Shown here in pieces: positions 27,211 through 37,571 of a stretch of 64,000 nucleotides of DNA. Position 1 is the first letter of the stretch. Every line of letters starts with the position of its first letter. The notes beneath the pieces are model-generated. The model made no database searches. It had not been told where the DNA came from and saw nothing but the letters and a program-made list of their open reading frames with translations. Source of the stretch: Candidatus Micrarchaeia archaeon (GTDB lineage: Archaea; Micrarchaeota; Micrarchaeia; CAILAH01); contig JAVZCB010000006.1 in assembly GCA_038874595.1 (NCBI GenBank), positions 1-64,000 on the forward strand, in the 5' to 3' direction. Both the position numbers and the translations under genes were made by a program.

Positions 27211-28266
27211 TTATCTCCTATTTGCATATTCTTGTATGCTGATGCCTTTCGCAAGCATATACTCTGCAGTTTTGCCAGTGATTACGATGCTTGCGCGCCC
27301 CAGCTCTTCAATATTCCGTGAGTTTGTGAGCATCATTGCGCGCTTAAGGTATACCTCCCACTGCTTTAACTCTGCATCAAGCCTCTTTTTGTAGTATGCG
27401 CGAATGAAAGGGCTGGCAGCACCAGCAATATCCGCACCAAGCGCAATCGCCTTTGCAGCGTCTAGGCCGTTCCTGATACCGCCGCTTGCAATTGTGAACA
27501 CTCCTAATTCTGAGACCTCAGCAATACATACTGGTGTGGGGTTACCCCATTCGGCAAACGGCCCGGCATCACCACCGCGCACCTCCTCCACTTTACTCCA
27601 CGAAGTACCACCCCTACCCGCAACATCAAACCCCGCAACCTTGCTGAATACGCTGTTGAACACCTCAGCGGTCTCCCAACCTATCCCCGCACCGGTTTCC
27701 TTAAGTATAACAGGGAACTCAATCTCGTGCACGAGCGCATCTATCCTCTCCTTCACGCCAGCAAACTTCCTGTCCCCCTCAGGCTGTACAAGCTCCTGCA
27801 GCGTATTAAGATGCACTGCAAGGTAATCCGCCTCAACGCTCTTGAGCATATCATTGATTTGCGTGCTATTATAATTGAGCAATTGTGCCGCTCCAATGTT
27901 CCCAACTATAGGTATGCTGGGCGCAACGTCCCTTACATAATAAGTCTCTTTAAGGGCCGGGTTCTCAATCATTGCACGCTGTGAGCCTAGGCCGAACGCG
28001 ATACCGTGCTCTTCACATGCAGTTGCAAGTGCCCTGTTTATTGCTTTTGCCTCCGGGTACCCGCCTGTCATCCCCGTTATCATAAACGGCAGTTTAAGCT
28101 TGTGCTTGATGAATGAAGCGTGCGTATCCACGTCATCATAATCAAAAGCTGTAAGTGCCTTGTGCACAAATTCTATGTCATCCAGCCAGTTATATGCATA
28201 GGCAACATCTTTTTTTACGCAGATGCTGACGTGCTCGCCTTTACGCTTTTTTGTTTGCGTATTCAT
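27211..28266 (-). CDS. fni: Type 2 isopentenyl-diphosphate isomerase
   Basis: RK.EH, GMTGG, GSQR, HLN.LQE.VQPEGD, KETG.G and GGTSW motifs. Confidence 0.96.
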   Translation of the reverse strand: MNTQTKKRKGEHVSICVKKDVAYAYNWLDDIEFVHKALTAFDYDDVDTHASFIKHKLKLPFMITGMTGGYPEAKAINRALATACEEHGIAFGLGSQRAMIENPALKETYYVRDVAPSIPIVGNIGAAQLLNYNSTQINDMLKSVEADYLAVHLNTLQELVQPEGDRKFAGVKERIDALVHEIEFPVILKETGAGIGWETAEVFNSVFSKVAGFDVAGRGGTSWSKVEEVRGGDAGPFAEWGNPTPVCIAEVSELGVFTIASGGIRNGLDAAKAIALGADIAGAASPFIRAYYKKRLDAELKQWEVYLKRAMMLTNSRNIEELGRASIVITGKTAEYMLAKGISIQEYANRR

Positions 28267-28314
28267 AAGGCAATTATCGCAGTTTACATTTATAAAAGAA
28301 GCGATTACAGTTTG

Positions 28315-28694
28315 CTGCTTTTAAAATAAATATCTACGCCCGAGACGCAAAAGCAGAAGAAGTTGTTCAAAGGAAGAAAACTGCTTTTAAAATAAATATC
28401 TACGTCCTAGACAGGATCGAGCAAATGCGTAGAATTTGCGAGAGTTGTGGAGGGCAACGCCCGAGACAGGATCGAGCAAATGCGTAGAATTTGCGAGAGT
28501 TGTGGAGGGCAACGCCCGAGACAGGATCGAGCACTGATGGGGGCTTAGCCCCCCTCGTGTGGTCTACACCCCCCAATTTACGATTTTTCTAAATAACTGA
28601 TGGTTTTAAGTAATTAAGAGATAACGTCCTAGACAGGATCGAGCAAATGCGTAGAATTTGCGAGAGTTGTGGAGGGCAACGCCCGAGACAGGAT
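28315..28694 (-). repeat. tRNA-Asn-linked repeat array (copies of the tRNA 3' end separated by inserts)
   Basis: cg(c/t)cc(g/t)agacaggat at 28403, 28458, 28513, 28625 and 28680 (the tRNA itself), partial copy at 28337; a 55-bp unit occurs three times. Confidence 0.9.
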
Positions 28695-28798
28695 TTGAAC
28701 CTGTGACCTTCCGATTTCAGCCGTTTCCGGTGCAGTTTTTCGTGTATCCAGATATATTGGCTAACAGTCGGACGCTCCACCAGCTGAGCTACTCGGGC
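28680..28798 (-). tRNA. tRNA-Asn(GTT) with a 46-nt intron at about 37/38 (intron 28716-28761)
   Basis: GCCCGAG/CTCGGGC acceptor stem, TCCGA-CT-GTT-A...A-TCGGA, ACAGG-TTCAAAT-CCTGT, discriminator G. Confidence 0.93.
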
Positions 28799-28927
28799 AT
28801 AATGTGTTTTTATTGAAAAAGCTAATTATTTTAAACCTCGCCTCGCACAACGCACAGGCCGAAAGTGCAGTTTAATGTGCAAAAGCCATTTTTAAGCTTT
28901 TATACAGAATAAAATCCAGTGATATAT

Positions 28928-29308
28928 ATGGCAGATGAAAAGAAAAACGTGCAGAAAGATACTGATGACTCGCGGCTATTGGGTGCAATCTCTTATATAT
29001 TAGGGATTCTTGCACTTCTGTTCTTCCTGATAAAGAAGGAGGACAAATTTGTTAAATTCCACGCTATGCAAGCGGCACTGCTGAATGTTTTGTGGTTCTT
29101 GGTGTTTATAGTGTTGATGGTAATAAGCTTCGCCCTAGCAGTTGTTACAATCCCGCTCGGTGGTGTAGGTGCAATGGCCTGGATATGTATCCTTCCGCTT
29201 GGCCTTGTAATGCTTGTTGCAATACTTTTCGGTGCGTGGAAGGCGTTCCAGGGTGAGATGTACAAGATGCCTCTCATCGGCGACCTCTCTGATAAGTATT
29301 CAAATTAA
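28928..29308 (+). CDS. DUF4870 family membrane protein
   Basis: SY, FVKFHAMQA and KA.QGE.YK.P.IG motifs. Confidence 0.88.
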   Translation: MADEKKNVQKDTDDSRLLGAISYILGILALLFFLIKKEDKFVKFHAMQAALLNVLWFLVFIVLMVISFALAVVTIPLGGVGAMAWICILPLGLVMLVAILFGAWKAFQGEMYKMPLIGDLSDKYSN

Positions 29309-29388
29309 GTTGCCAGTTTCTCATTTTAATCTTTCCTCTTTTTCTACCTGCAAATTAAGTATTTAAATATTCCATCTGATTGTATAGC

Positions 29389-29844
29389 ATGCGAAGAGGG
29401 CAAGGTTCAATTGAGTACCTTCTTATACTAGGCGTAGTTATCGTTCTCGTTCTCATCATAATCGGTGTCATAGTTGGGTTCCAAAGCAGCGTGACATCAG
29501 TTTCAAAACAGCAGAGTGATACATACTGGGCAGGTGCAGATATAGGTATTCTCCCAGACCATCTTGTAAATTCAAGCGCTGCTTATATTACTGTAAAAAA
29601 TAACAGGCCTTTCCGCGTCAAGATAATGGAAATAAAGTTCATTGATGATACTGGGAGCAAAGGTAACCTCCCAGCAACGTTTACACTATCACCTGGTGCA
29701 TCGGCAAATGTTGAGCTGCAGGGTGTATCCTGTATAGCCGGTACAGATTACTCATATACAGTACAAATAAAATATTCCGAGCCATCCTCTGGCAGGATAT
29801 TCACATTTACAGGTGAAACCCCACTCATAGGAAAGTGCCAGTAA
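29389..29844 (+). CDS. Type IV pilin-like protein (class III signal peptide)
   Basis: MRRG/QGSIEYLLILG. Confidence 0.87.
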   Translation: MRRGQGSIEYLLILGVVIVLVLIIIGVIVGFQSSVTSVSKQQSDTYWAGADIGILPDHLVNSSAAYITVKNNRPFRVKIMEIKFIDDTGSKGNLPATFTLSPGASANVELQGVSCIAGTDYSYTVQIKYSEPSSGRIFTFTGETPLIGKCQ

Positions 29845-29889
29845 CCTAACAGCCAGGGCACAATTTGTTTATTTGATACTTCCTTTTAG

Positions 29890-30564
29890 TCATATCCTAT
29901 ACCGTATATTATTTCTCTCTATATAACCCTCGCTTGCTATGTTGCAGTTATTATATATTTTCTGTGAGAATTTGCAATTCCCTCTAATTTCAAGCTCTCC
30001 ATTTTCCAGCGTGATGGTGATAAGGTTACCTTCATCATCGGCCAGTTGTATCTGGTTATTTAGCGTTTCATTGATATACCCTTCCTCATCAAGCAGGGTT
30101 ACACCGTTTGCATTTTGTATGATAAGCTGCATTTGGATACCGTTTTCAGCCCAGGCCCAATTTTTTGATATTATAACTGCATTTTTCTCTGTCCTGAGTG
30201 ACATTTTTGTCTTATGCATTATTTCAGTATTCCACGAGCTGCCATCAAACCCAGAGAACCACATATGAGTATCACCGCACCTAAACCGCGGCGTAAGCTC
30301 AACCTTAACTCCGGCATTCCTAATCGCATTATAATTACTTATAACCCGCTTAAATTCATCAATTCTTATTTGTTTTCCGATTTTACCATTTATAGTATTG
30401 CCATAAATTTCAATACCATAAAGTGCACGTGCACTTTCCCTAAGTTCCTGTGCTATACGATCCTCAGCAGGTAGAGGTGGTAGAGAATTCTGTACAAAAA
30501 TGACATACATAAACGAAGTTGCAATAATGAGCACAATCAAGGTATACAGGAACCCTTTCATCAT
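29890..30564 (-). CDS. Minor pilin-like protein
   Basis: MMKG/FLYT followed by a hydrophobic helix. Confidence 0.7.
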   Translation of the reverse strand: MMKGFLYTLIVLIIATSFMYVIFVQNSLPPLPAEDRIAQELRESARALYGIEIYGNTINGKIGKQIRIDEFKRVISNYNAIRNAGVKVELTPRFRCGDTHMWFSGFDGSSWNTEIMHKTKMSLRTEKNAVIISKNWAWAENGIQMQLIIQNANGVTLLDEEGYINETLNNQIQLADDEGNLITITLENGELEIRGNCKFSQKIYNNCNIASEGYIERNNIRYRI

Positions 30565-30565
30565 A

Positions 30566-30940
30566 TCACCTCATACTCCTGCACACCTTTATCTCTGCAA
30601 GAAACGGCGTGCCATCTTCATCAACATATACATACGTGTATGTGGATTGATTATTGCAAATGCACGTTCTCTCATTGTATATAACATCCATTTTCTCATT
30701 GTAGAGTATGTACTCACCGCACATCCCTGCCAGGTGTCTTATTAGTTCTGTTGGTTTTGTGTGTGTCTGCTTATGCAGTGCCGCCACACTTGCCTCAGTT
30801 GCAAGCGAGCGGTAATCATCACTCCAGACAGAAACCGGTATTGAGAGTATCAGGAACGCAAATAATAGTGCCATTATTGAATCTATTGTGAATATGAACC
30901 CTTTCCTGCTTTTTTGTGTGTAGGTGCATTGATTAATCAT
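30566..30940 (-). CDS. Minor pilin-like protein
   Basis: RKG/FIFTID followed by a hydrophobic helix. Confidence 0.75.
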   Translation of the reverse strand: MINQCTYTQKSRKGFIFTIDSIMALLFAFLILSIPVSVWSDDYRSLATEASVAALHKQTHTKPTELIRHLAGMCGEYILYNEKMDVIYNERTCICNNQSTYTYVYVDEDGTPFLAEIKVCRSMR

Positions 30941-30944
30941 ATGT

Positions 30945-31409
30945 TCACCTTATGCCTGCAAACACATCCACACTGCACACTTTACCGCTGATTAACACCA
31001 ATATGCTTTTCTTAAGTACAGTTTCACCCTTTTTCCCTCCGGTTACATGCGTTCCATCCTCACACATCACATCAAGCACAACATCATAGGCTACACTTTC
31101 CCTACTGAGTGCCATCTCCTCCCTAAATCTTTCGTACGAATCCTCATTATTAAGTGATCTAACAAATCCAATAAACCCATAATTTACAACAAACGGTTTT
31201 GCGGTGTTGAATTCGTATTCACCAGCGACAAATAGCTTATCAATCACCCTATCCATCACAGCCTGCATATGTGTTGACCGTACAGCCTTTTCAAACTGCG
31301 CATTATTGAAATTGATGAACGCCATCAATGAGAGAATTGTTATTATGGAGATGGCAAGCGAAACGCTCACATCCTGTATGAAAATCTGCCCCCTCCCCAT
31401 AACCAACAA
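30945..31409 (-). CDS. Minor pilin-like protein
   Basis: GRG/QIFIQD followed by a hydrophobic helix; start probably at the internal Met. Confidence 0.72.
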   Translation of the reverse strand: MLVMGRGQIFIQDVSVSLAISIITILSLMAFINFNNAQFEKAVRSTHMQAVMDRVIDKLFVAGEYEFNTAKPFVVNYGFIGFVRSLNNEDSYERFREEMALSRESVAYDVVLDVMCEDGTHVTGGKKGETVLKKSILVLISGKVCSVDVFAGIR

Positions 31410-31457
31410 TTCAGCAGTTATTCTTAAATATTAAATAACAAATGTAACCTAAAAAAA

Positions 31458-31811
31458 TTAGCCGTTCTTGAACACAGTTGCTTCAAGGTACTCCATCTTC
31501 TTTATGCCACCATCGAACACTTTCATGTCTTTTATCTCATTGTTATCAACTGTGAGGTAGTATACCTTTGAATTATCACTCATAAGTACCTTGCCGTAAA
31601 GCTTATTCCCTCTCATCTTCAATTGCGAAGTATCTATCCTAACCTCGCGCGGGAGCTCGGCCATCTTTACATTTGCAAGCGTTGCTTTTATATTATCAAG
31701 CGATGCCTTTGCATCCTTGTATACCTTACTGCTTGGGTCGAGCTGTGGGAGAAGCTCTTCAAGATTGCTTTTTATTTCGCTGAGCCGTTTGAGTATTATA
31801 AGCCGCATCAT
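31458..31811 (-). CDS. Hypothetical protein
   Basis: 117-aa ORF, ATGA-coupled to the upstream ORF. Confidence 0.65.
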   Translation of the reverse strand: MMRLIILKRLSEIKSNLEELLPQLDPSSKVYKDAKASLDNIKATLANVKMAELPREVRIDTSQLKMRGNKLYGKVLMSDNSKVYYLTVDNNEIKDMKVFDGGIKKMEYLEATVFKNG

Positions 31812-32068
31812 GCCAATCCCCTTTCATTTATTTTTTTAGGCACTTTATCAAGCGTCTTCCCCTCTTCTTTATTATTTGTTGTAATCTTCAGCAAATTACA
31901 AAGAAGTTTCCCTTGCTCTGTTAAATTTTTTGCCTGGTTTCCTGCAATAGATTCTTGTAATCTGTTCAACGCGTAAGCATTTTCAATCTGTTTATTAATC
32001 TCTTCTTCCTTTCTTTTAGTTCCGAGCGCACCCACCATTCTCCCACCAAATACTATATTCCCAGCCAC
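31808..32068 (-). CDS. Hypothetical protein
   Basis: 86-aa ORF, start uncertain. Confidence 0.5.
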   Translation of the reverse strand: MAGNIVFGGRMVGALGTKRKEEEINKQIENAYALNRLQESIAGNQAKNLTEQGKLLCNLLKITTNNKEEGKTLDKVPKKINERGLA

Positions 32069-32125
32069 ATATATAAATGTTGCCTTATAGCAATCCCTTG
32101 CTCGTATAAAAGGCCGCTGTTTAGT

Positions 32126-34990
32126 TTAATCCCTGACAACTTGGATGCCTATCACTACTTTATCACTGTATAGTGTTATCTCCTTGGCCTCGCCCTCAAC
32201 CTCGCCGAATAAAATCTCATCTGCCTGAACAGCCTCCGCGATCTCTTTCATATGCTCTTTAATGCTCCTCACGACCTCCTCGTTTTGTGTCTTAACCGTT
32301 AGTATAATCCTGTCATCTATCGTAAAGTTAAGCTCTTTCCTGAAATTGTTAATCTTTCTGATAGCATCACGTGCAATACCCTCCCTCACAAGCTCGGGTG
32401 TAAGTGTTGTATCAAGCGTTACTGATATCTCCTGCCCTTCAGCAGTCTCAATTTTCTTTGAGTTTACTTCTGCGCGTATTATCTCGAGGAACTCATCACC
32501 GAGCCTTGGCGATGTGATTTTTATCAAAGGTATAACCTGGCGTATCGGGATTTGTGCCTTCTCACGCATCTCAAGCGCTTTGCTCACTATTTGGCGTGTC
32601 AGCTCCATTTTAGTAAGCAGCTCTTTATCTATCTTATCCTCGGCGAGAACTGGCCACAGCTCAAGATGCACAGATTCCTGCAAAGCATTGTTTGCCTCCC
32701 TTAACGACTGGTGCACATACTCTGTTATGAACGGCGCAACAGGCGCCATGATACGCGATAGGTTATGCAGCACATATGCGAGTGTCCTTATCGCTTCTGC
32801 TGAAACCTTCTCATCCGCGCTCTTGAACCTCTCCCTGCTTCTTCTGACATACCACGTTGACAGGTCTTCTATAAACAATCCCAGCTCTTTTGTATAAGTT
32901 ACGGTGTCATACCTATCAAGCGCTTCAGTTGCATTCTTTCCAAGCACATGCAACCGTGCAATTATCCACCTGTCCATAATGTTTTGTGATGATGCATCAT
33001 CCAGCACAGCATTCTTCTTTGAGAACAGGTTATAGAAATTGAGCACATTGGTGAGCAGCAGGACGTTCTTTCTGTACACTTCCGCAAGCGCCTCCTCCTT
33101 GAAGTTAAGGTCCTGTGCCTGCATCGTGACTGAGGACATCAGGTAAAGCCGCAGCGCATCCGCACCGTACTTGTCAAATATTAGGTTCGGGTCAGGGAAA
33201 TTCTTCTTTGATTTTGACATTTTGGAGCCGTCCTCTGCAAGTATGTTCCCTGTAACTACGACGTTCTTGAACGGTGGCTTATCCATTAACAGGACACCTA
33301 TCACGTGCATGTAATAGAACCACGCACGTACCTGCCCAACATATTCAGAGACAAAATCACACGGGAAATTCTTCTCCATCCAGTCCTTGTTTTCAAATGG
33401 GTAATGCTTTGCAGCATACGGCATTGCGGCAGACTCAACCCAACAGTCTATAACTTCAGGTATCCTGGACATCCTGTTCCCGCATTTATCACATTTAAGG
33501 TGTATATTATCAACAACGTGCTTGTGCAGGTCAACATCATCTGCCACGTTTTCTATTGCATTCTGCTGCAGCTCTTTTACGCTGCCTATCACCTTTATTG
33601 AATTACAGGCCTTATTATCGCATTTCCATACAGGTATTGCAGTTGCCCAGAACCTATTCCGTGATATGCTCCAATCCGGTGCAGTCTCAAGTATATTCCT
33701 GAACCGCCCTTCCTTGATATGCTCCGGGTACCAATTAATATCCTTATTCTTCTCTATAAGCCGCGCTTTTATTTTTTGTATATCTATGAACCACGAGTTG
33801 ATTGCATCGTAAAACAGCGGCGTTTCGCACCTGTAGCAGAATGGGTACGAGTGGGTATGGTCATGGACACTAAAAAGCAAACCGCGATTATCCAAATCTT
33901 CTATAACCTCATGGTCAAGGTCCTTGAACCATTTACCGAGCCACTGCTCAGGCCCGCTTATTAACTTGCCATCTCTCCCGATATGCTGCACACGCGGCAG
34001 GTCATACTTCTTAATCATCCTATAGTCGAAATCACCGTACAGTGCCATGTGCACGATACCCGTACCTTCAAGTGCCGAGACCTCATCACCACCATCAATA
34101 ACATAAAACGCTTTCTTGCCCTGCTCATCTATCTTGTATAACGGCTCGTACTCTTTTCCAACAAGCTTTTCACCGTCAACTTCCTCAATAACTGTAACGT
34201 TTCCTTCAATGACCTTCTCAAGAAGTTCTTTTGCGAGTATATAATTCTCCCGCCCGGCGTTTACCTTTACATATTTGAGTTTTGGATTTATTGCAAGCGC
34301 AACGTTGCCGATGAGCGTCCACGGGGTTGTTGTCCATGCAAGTATATACGTGTTCTCCTTACCTTTAAGCCTGAACTTTACAGTGATTGTCCTTTCAGTT
34401 ATATCCTTATAGCTGTTATCCATTGCGATTTCTGCATTCGATAATGGGGTTTCACAGCGCGGGCAGTAAAGCAAGATTTTCTTATCCTCATAAATATAAC
34501 CACGCTCATACAGGTACTTGAATATGTACCACACAGTCTCCATATAATCTCGGTCCATTGTCTTGTACGCATTCTCAAACTCAATCCACTTGCCCATTCT
34601 CCTTACAGTCTTGCCCCACTCATTTGCAAAGAAAAGCACTTTCGAGCGGCAGAACTCATTGAACTTGTCTACACCCATTACTTCAATCTCTTTCTTCTTC
34701 TTTATGCCGAGTTCTTTCTCTGCGATGTTCTCTATGGGTAGGCCGTGGCAGTCCCACCCCCACCTGCGCTCGCACCTGTACCCTTTCATTGTCCAGTACC
34801 TCGGGAATAGGTCTTTGCTTGTCAGCCCGAGGATATGCCCGTAATGCGGCAGCCCGGTTGCAAACGGCGGCCCATCGTAGAATACATACTGCTTATCCGC
34901 AGGCCTCTGTTGCACAGATTTTTCAAATATCTTGTTTTCCTCCCAAAAATCGGCCATCTTCAGCTCTATTTCCTGAGTATCCATCTTCAT
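32126..34990 (-). CDS. ileS: Isoleucyl-tRNA synthetase (HYGH type)
   Basis: DGPPFATGLPHYGH, WDCHGLP, WTTTPWTL, SRNRFW and KMSKS motifs. Confidence 0.96.
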   Translation of the reverse strand: MKMDTQEIELKMADFWEENKIFEKSVQQRPADKQYVFYDGPPFATGLPHYGHILGLTSKDLFPRYWTMKGYRCERRWGWDCHGLPIENIAEKELGIKKKKEIEVMGVDKFNEFCRSKVLFFANEWGKTVRRMGKWIEFENAYKTMDRDYMETVWYIFKYLYERGYIYEDKKILLYCPRCETPLSNAEIAMDNSYKDITERTITVKFRLKGKENTYILAWTTTPWTLIGNVALAINPKLKYVKVNAGRENYILAKELLEKVIEGNVTVIEEVDGEKLVGKEYEPLYKIDEQGKKAFYVIDGGDEVSALEGTGIVHMALYGDFDYRMIKKYDLPRVQHIGRDGKLISGPEQWLGKWFKDLDHEVIEDLDNRGLLFSVHDHTHSYPFCYRCETPLFYDAINSWFIDIQKIKARLIEKNKDINWYPEHIKEGRFRNILETAPDWSISRNRFWATAIPVWKCDNKACNSIKVIGSVKELQQNAIENVADDVDLHKHVVDNIHLKCDKCGNRMSRIPEVIDCWVESAAMPYAAKHYPFENKDWMEKNFPCDFVSEYVGQVRAWFYYMHVIGVLLMDKPPFKNVVVTGNILAEDGSKMSKSKKNFPDPNLIFDKYGADALRLYLMSSVTMQAQDLNFKEEALAEVYRKNVLLLTNVLNFYNLFSKKNAVLDDASSQNIMDRWIIARLHVLGKNATEALDRYDTVTYTKELGLFIEDLSTWYVRRSRERFKSADEKVSAEAIRTLAYVLHNLSRIMAPVAPFITEYVHQSLREANNALQESVHLELWPVLAEDKIDKELLTKMELTRQIVSKALEMREKAQIPIRQVIPLIKITSPRLGDEFLEIIRAEVNSKKIETAEGQEISVTLDTTLTPELVREGIARDAIRKINNFRKELNFTIDDRIILTVKTQNEEVVRSIKEHMKEIAEAVQADEILFGEVEGEAKEITLYSDKVVIGIQVVRD

Positions 34991-35066
34991 CCCTTTTTTT
35001 TGTGATTTGAGTGCATATTTAAAGCAAAGAGTGTTTTTATTTCTTTATTAGTTTTGAAAAAAAGGA

Positions 35067-35300
35067 TGCGGCTGCCGGGATTTTCACACAGCTTTCTTTT
35101 GGATATGCCTAAGAAAGCTGGCAAAGAAGACTCAATTGTTTCTTTTTGCCAACTTTAATCATCCAAGGAAATGGCTGTTTTGAACCCGGATCCTAGGCTT
35201 TTTCTGCTGCCAGGTTTTCTTTGGATATTCGCGCTGTGCGCGAAACCGAAAGAAAAACTGTTGGGAAGCCCATGTCCTAACCAGGTTAGACTACAGCCGC
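35067..35300 (-). tRNA. tRNA-Gly(CCC) with two introns: 62 nt at 37/38 (35200-35261) and 98 nt at 59/60 (35081-35178)
   Basis: GCGGCTG/CAGCCGC acceptor stem, TGGGC-TT-CCC-A...A-GCCTA, CCGGG-TTCAAA...T-CCCGG; TTCA/TGAA central helix at the T-loop intron. Confidence 0.9.
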
Positions 35301-35366
35301 ACCTGTGGTTGTTTTTAAGGAAAATAAAATTAAAAACCTGTATGCAACCCGATAAAAAAGAAGGAA

Positions 35367-35672
35367 TTAGACGAGGCTAATTTCAATATGTACGGTATCA
35401 GGCACGCGTACACGCATTATTTGCTTGAGCACGCGCTCATCGCCCTCAACGAGGAGCATCCTCTTATGGATACGCATCTCCCACTTCTCGTAAGTGTCTG
35501 AGCCGTCACCACAAGGTGTCCTTCTTGTAGGGAGGATAAGCCTCTTGCGTGGCAATGGTATCGGGCCGCGGATAGGGATACCGCCCATCTTTGCGATATC
35601 CACAATCTGCTTTGCAACACCATCAACTTCCTCGTATGACTTTCCGACGAGTTTTATGCGTGCAGATACCAT
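35367..35672 (-). CDS. rps10: 30S ribosomal protein uS10
   Basis: GPIPLP, RRTPCGDGSDT and WEMRIHKR motifs. Confidence 0.97.
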   Translation of the reverse strand: MVSARIKLVGKSYEEVDGVAKQIVDIAKMGGIPIRGPIPLPRKRLILPTRRTPCGDGSDTYEKWEMRIHKRMLLVEGDERVLKQIMRVRVPDTVHIEISLV

Positions 35673-35684
35673 TCAAACCACTGC

Positions 35685-36956
35685 TTACTGCGTTTTTGCC
35701 TCAGTCACTTCCAGCACGACACCTGCAGCAACCGTTGAGCCCATATCACGGATTGCAAACCTGCCAAGTGCCGGGAAGTCAGAATACTTCTCAATCACAA
35801 CCGGCTTGAGCGGCTTAATCTTAACCACTGCAATATCACCGGTCTTGAGGAAGTCTGGCTTACCAGCTGACTGGCCAGTCTTCGGGTCCTTTTTCTCTAT
35901 GAGCTCTACAAACTGCCCTGCAAACTGTGACGTGTGTATGTGGAACACGGGTGTATACCCAACAGAAATCGCGGTTGGGTGCTGGAGAACGACCACCTGT
36001 GCCTTGAACTCAGCCGCAACCTTAGGTGGCGAGTTCGGGTCACCGATAACGTCACCTCTCTTCATATCCTTCTTTTCAATACCCTTTATGTTAAACCCGA
36101 TATTGTCACCCGGGACTGCCTGTGCAATTTCCTGGTGATGCATCTCAATCCTCTTAACCTCACCTTTTGCACCTGATGGCATCACAACCACGGTCTGGCC
36201 AGGCTTAAGTGTACCTGACTCAACACGACCTACCGGCACGGTACCGTGGCCGGTGATTGAGAACACGTCCTGTACGGGAATCCTCAACGGCTTATCCATT
36301 GGCTTAGGAGGTACCTTGAACGAGTCGAGCGCCTCAACAATCGTTGGGCCAGTGTACCACGGAGTCTCACTACCTTTCTTTACAATGTTGACACCGTTAT
36401 AAGCGGATATCGGGATAAACGGTATTTCCTCTATCTTATAGCCGATACCCTTAAGCATCGCAACTACCTGTGTTTTTACATCTTCGAACTTAACACGGTC
36501 ATAGTTTACAGCATCCATCTTGTTCATTGCAACTATGAACTGCTGTATACCAAGCACCTTTGCAAGGAATGCGTGCTCTTTTGTCTGTGGCTGTATACCA
36601 TCTTTAACTGAAACAACTAGCACAGCCGCATCTGCCTGCGACGCACCAGTAATCATGTTCTTAACGAAGTCCCTGTGCCCAGGGGCATCAATAATCGTGA
36701 AGTGGTACTTCTGCGTCTTAAACTCCTTATGGGAGATATCGATGGTAACACCACGCTCACGCTCTTCTTTTTGCTCGTCCATCACGAACGCAAATTCAAA
36801 CGTTGGCTTACCAACCCTTTCTGCCTCTTCTCTGAGCTTCTTAAGTTCCTGCTCAGGGATTGCCCCAGTATCGAACAGAAGCCTTCCGACAGTCGTCGAT
36901 TTACCTGCATCGACGTGGCCGATGAAGACTATGTTCATGTGCTCAAGCTTTGCCAT
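35685..36956 (-). CDS. tuf: Translation elongation factor EF-1alpha
   Basis: [21 protein letters not shown] and LGRFAIRDM motifs. Confidence 0.98.
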   Translation of the reverse strand: MAKLEHMNIVFIGHVDAGKSTTVGRLLFDTGAIPEQELKKLREEAERVGKPTFEFAFVMDEQKEERERGVTIDISHKEFKTQKYHFTIIDAPGHRDFVKNMITGASQADAAVLVVSVKDGIQPQTKEHAFLAKVLGIQQFIVAMNKMDAVNYDRVKFEDVKTQVVAMLKGIGYKIEEIPFIPISAYNGVNIVKKGSETPWYTGPTIVEALDSFKVPPKPMDKPLRIPVQDVFSITGHGTVPVGRVESGTLKPGQTVVVMPSGAKGEVKRIEMHHQEIAQAVPGDNIGFNIKGIEKKDMKRGDVIGDPNSPPKVAAEFKAQVVVLQHPTAISVGYTPVFHIHTSQFAGQFVELIEKKDPKTGQSAGKPDFLKTGDIAVVKIKPLKPVVIEKYSDFPALGRFAIRDMGSTVAAGVVLEVTEAKTQ

Positions 36957-37037
36957 TCATTTTCACCTCTAAGCTAAAGTGCTATATTAAAATACGTTAA
37001 TTTTAAAATCCTTTTGACTCACACGCATGAGCAAATC

Positions 37038-37571
37038 TCACAGTTCCTTTGCAATATCAACCCAAGGTGCGAGCAGTCTGTTTCTGGTATCCTTTTCGGT
37101 GATTATAACCTCCGCATCCGCAATCGTCTCCTCTATCGGCTTATCGGTAAGTATCTCATATATCTCCGTGCCCTTTTCCTTGTATTTCCTTATCGCACGC
37201 TCGGTACAGTAATCCAAGAGCTCAGAATAGATATTGGCCTTTACCTTCTCATCCTCATACCCTCTCTCCTTAAGGCGTTTTTCAAGGGATTTTATGGGTG
37301 TCCTTAATATGATAAGCTTGTCAAGCTCCAGGCCGAACTCACATACAAGGTGCCCCTCAACAATGCAATCCTCTGGCAACGCTTCCAGCTCTCGCTTCAG
37401 TGCGGCCATATTAACTATGAGTGCATCGTCGTTTGGGTCTATTTTCGTCCAGAGCTTCTTTTCCTTGACAAGTGCATTAACATCTATAAGAGTGAGCTTA
37501 TACTTCTCTGCAAGATGTTTTGCAAGTGTAGTCTTACCTACCCCTGGAACCCCAGTAATCCCAATTCTCAT
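37038..37571 (-). CDS. Adenylate kinase AK6/Fap7 family
   Basis: ITGVPGVGKT, VEGH and RL..RGY...KV..N motifs. Confidence 0.9.
   Translation of the reverse strand: MRIGITGVPGVGKTTLAKHLAEKYKLTLIDVNALVKEKKLWTKIDPNDDALIVNMAALKRELEALPEDCIVEGHLVCEFGLELDKLIILRTPIKSLEKRLKERGYEDEKVKANIYSELLDYCTERAIRKYKEKGTEIYEILTDKPIEETIADAEVIITEKDTRNRLLAPWVDIAKEL

Noticed and set aside
28315-28694. CRISPR array
   Set aside because: The repeat is the tRNA 3' end, inserts are repeated and of unequal length, and no cas genes are in the window
31458-32068. Single gene split by a frameshift
   Set aside because: The downstream frame has a stop a few codons before its ATG; ordinary ATGA coupling suffices
35081-35178. Box C/D guide RNA inside the long Gly intron
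   Set aside because: Only a partial C-like ATGATTA and no CTGA box D
35171-35380. 69-aa ORF, and ORFs at 1966-2420 and 28589-28780
   Set aside because: They overlap tRNA genes
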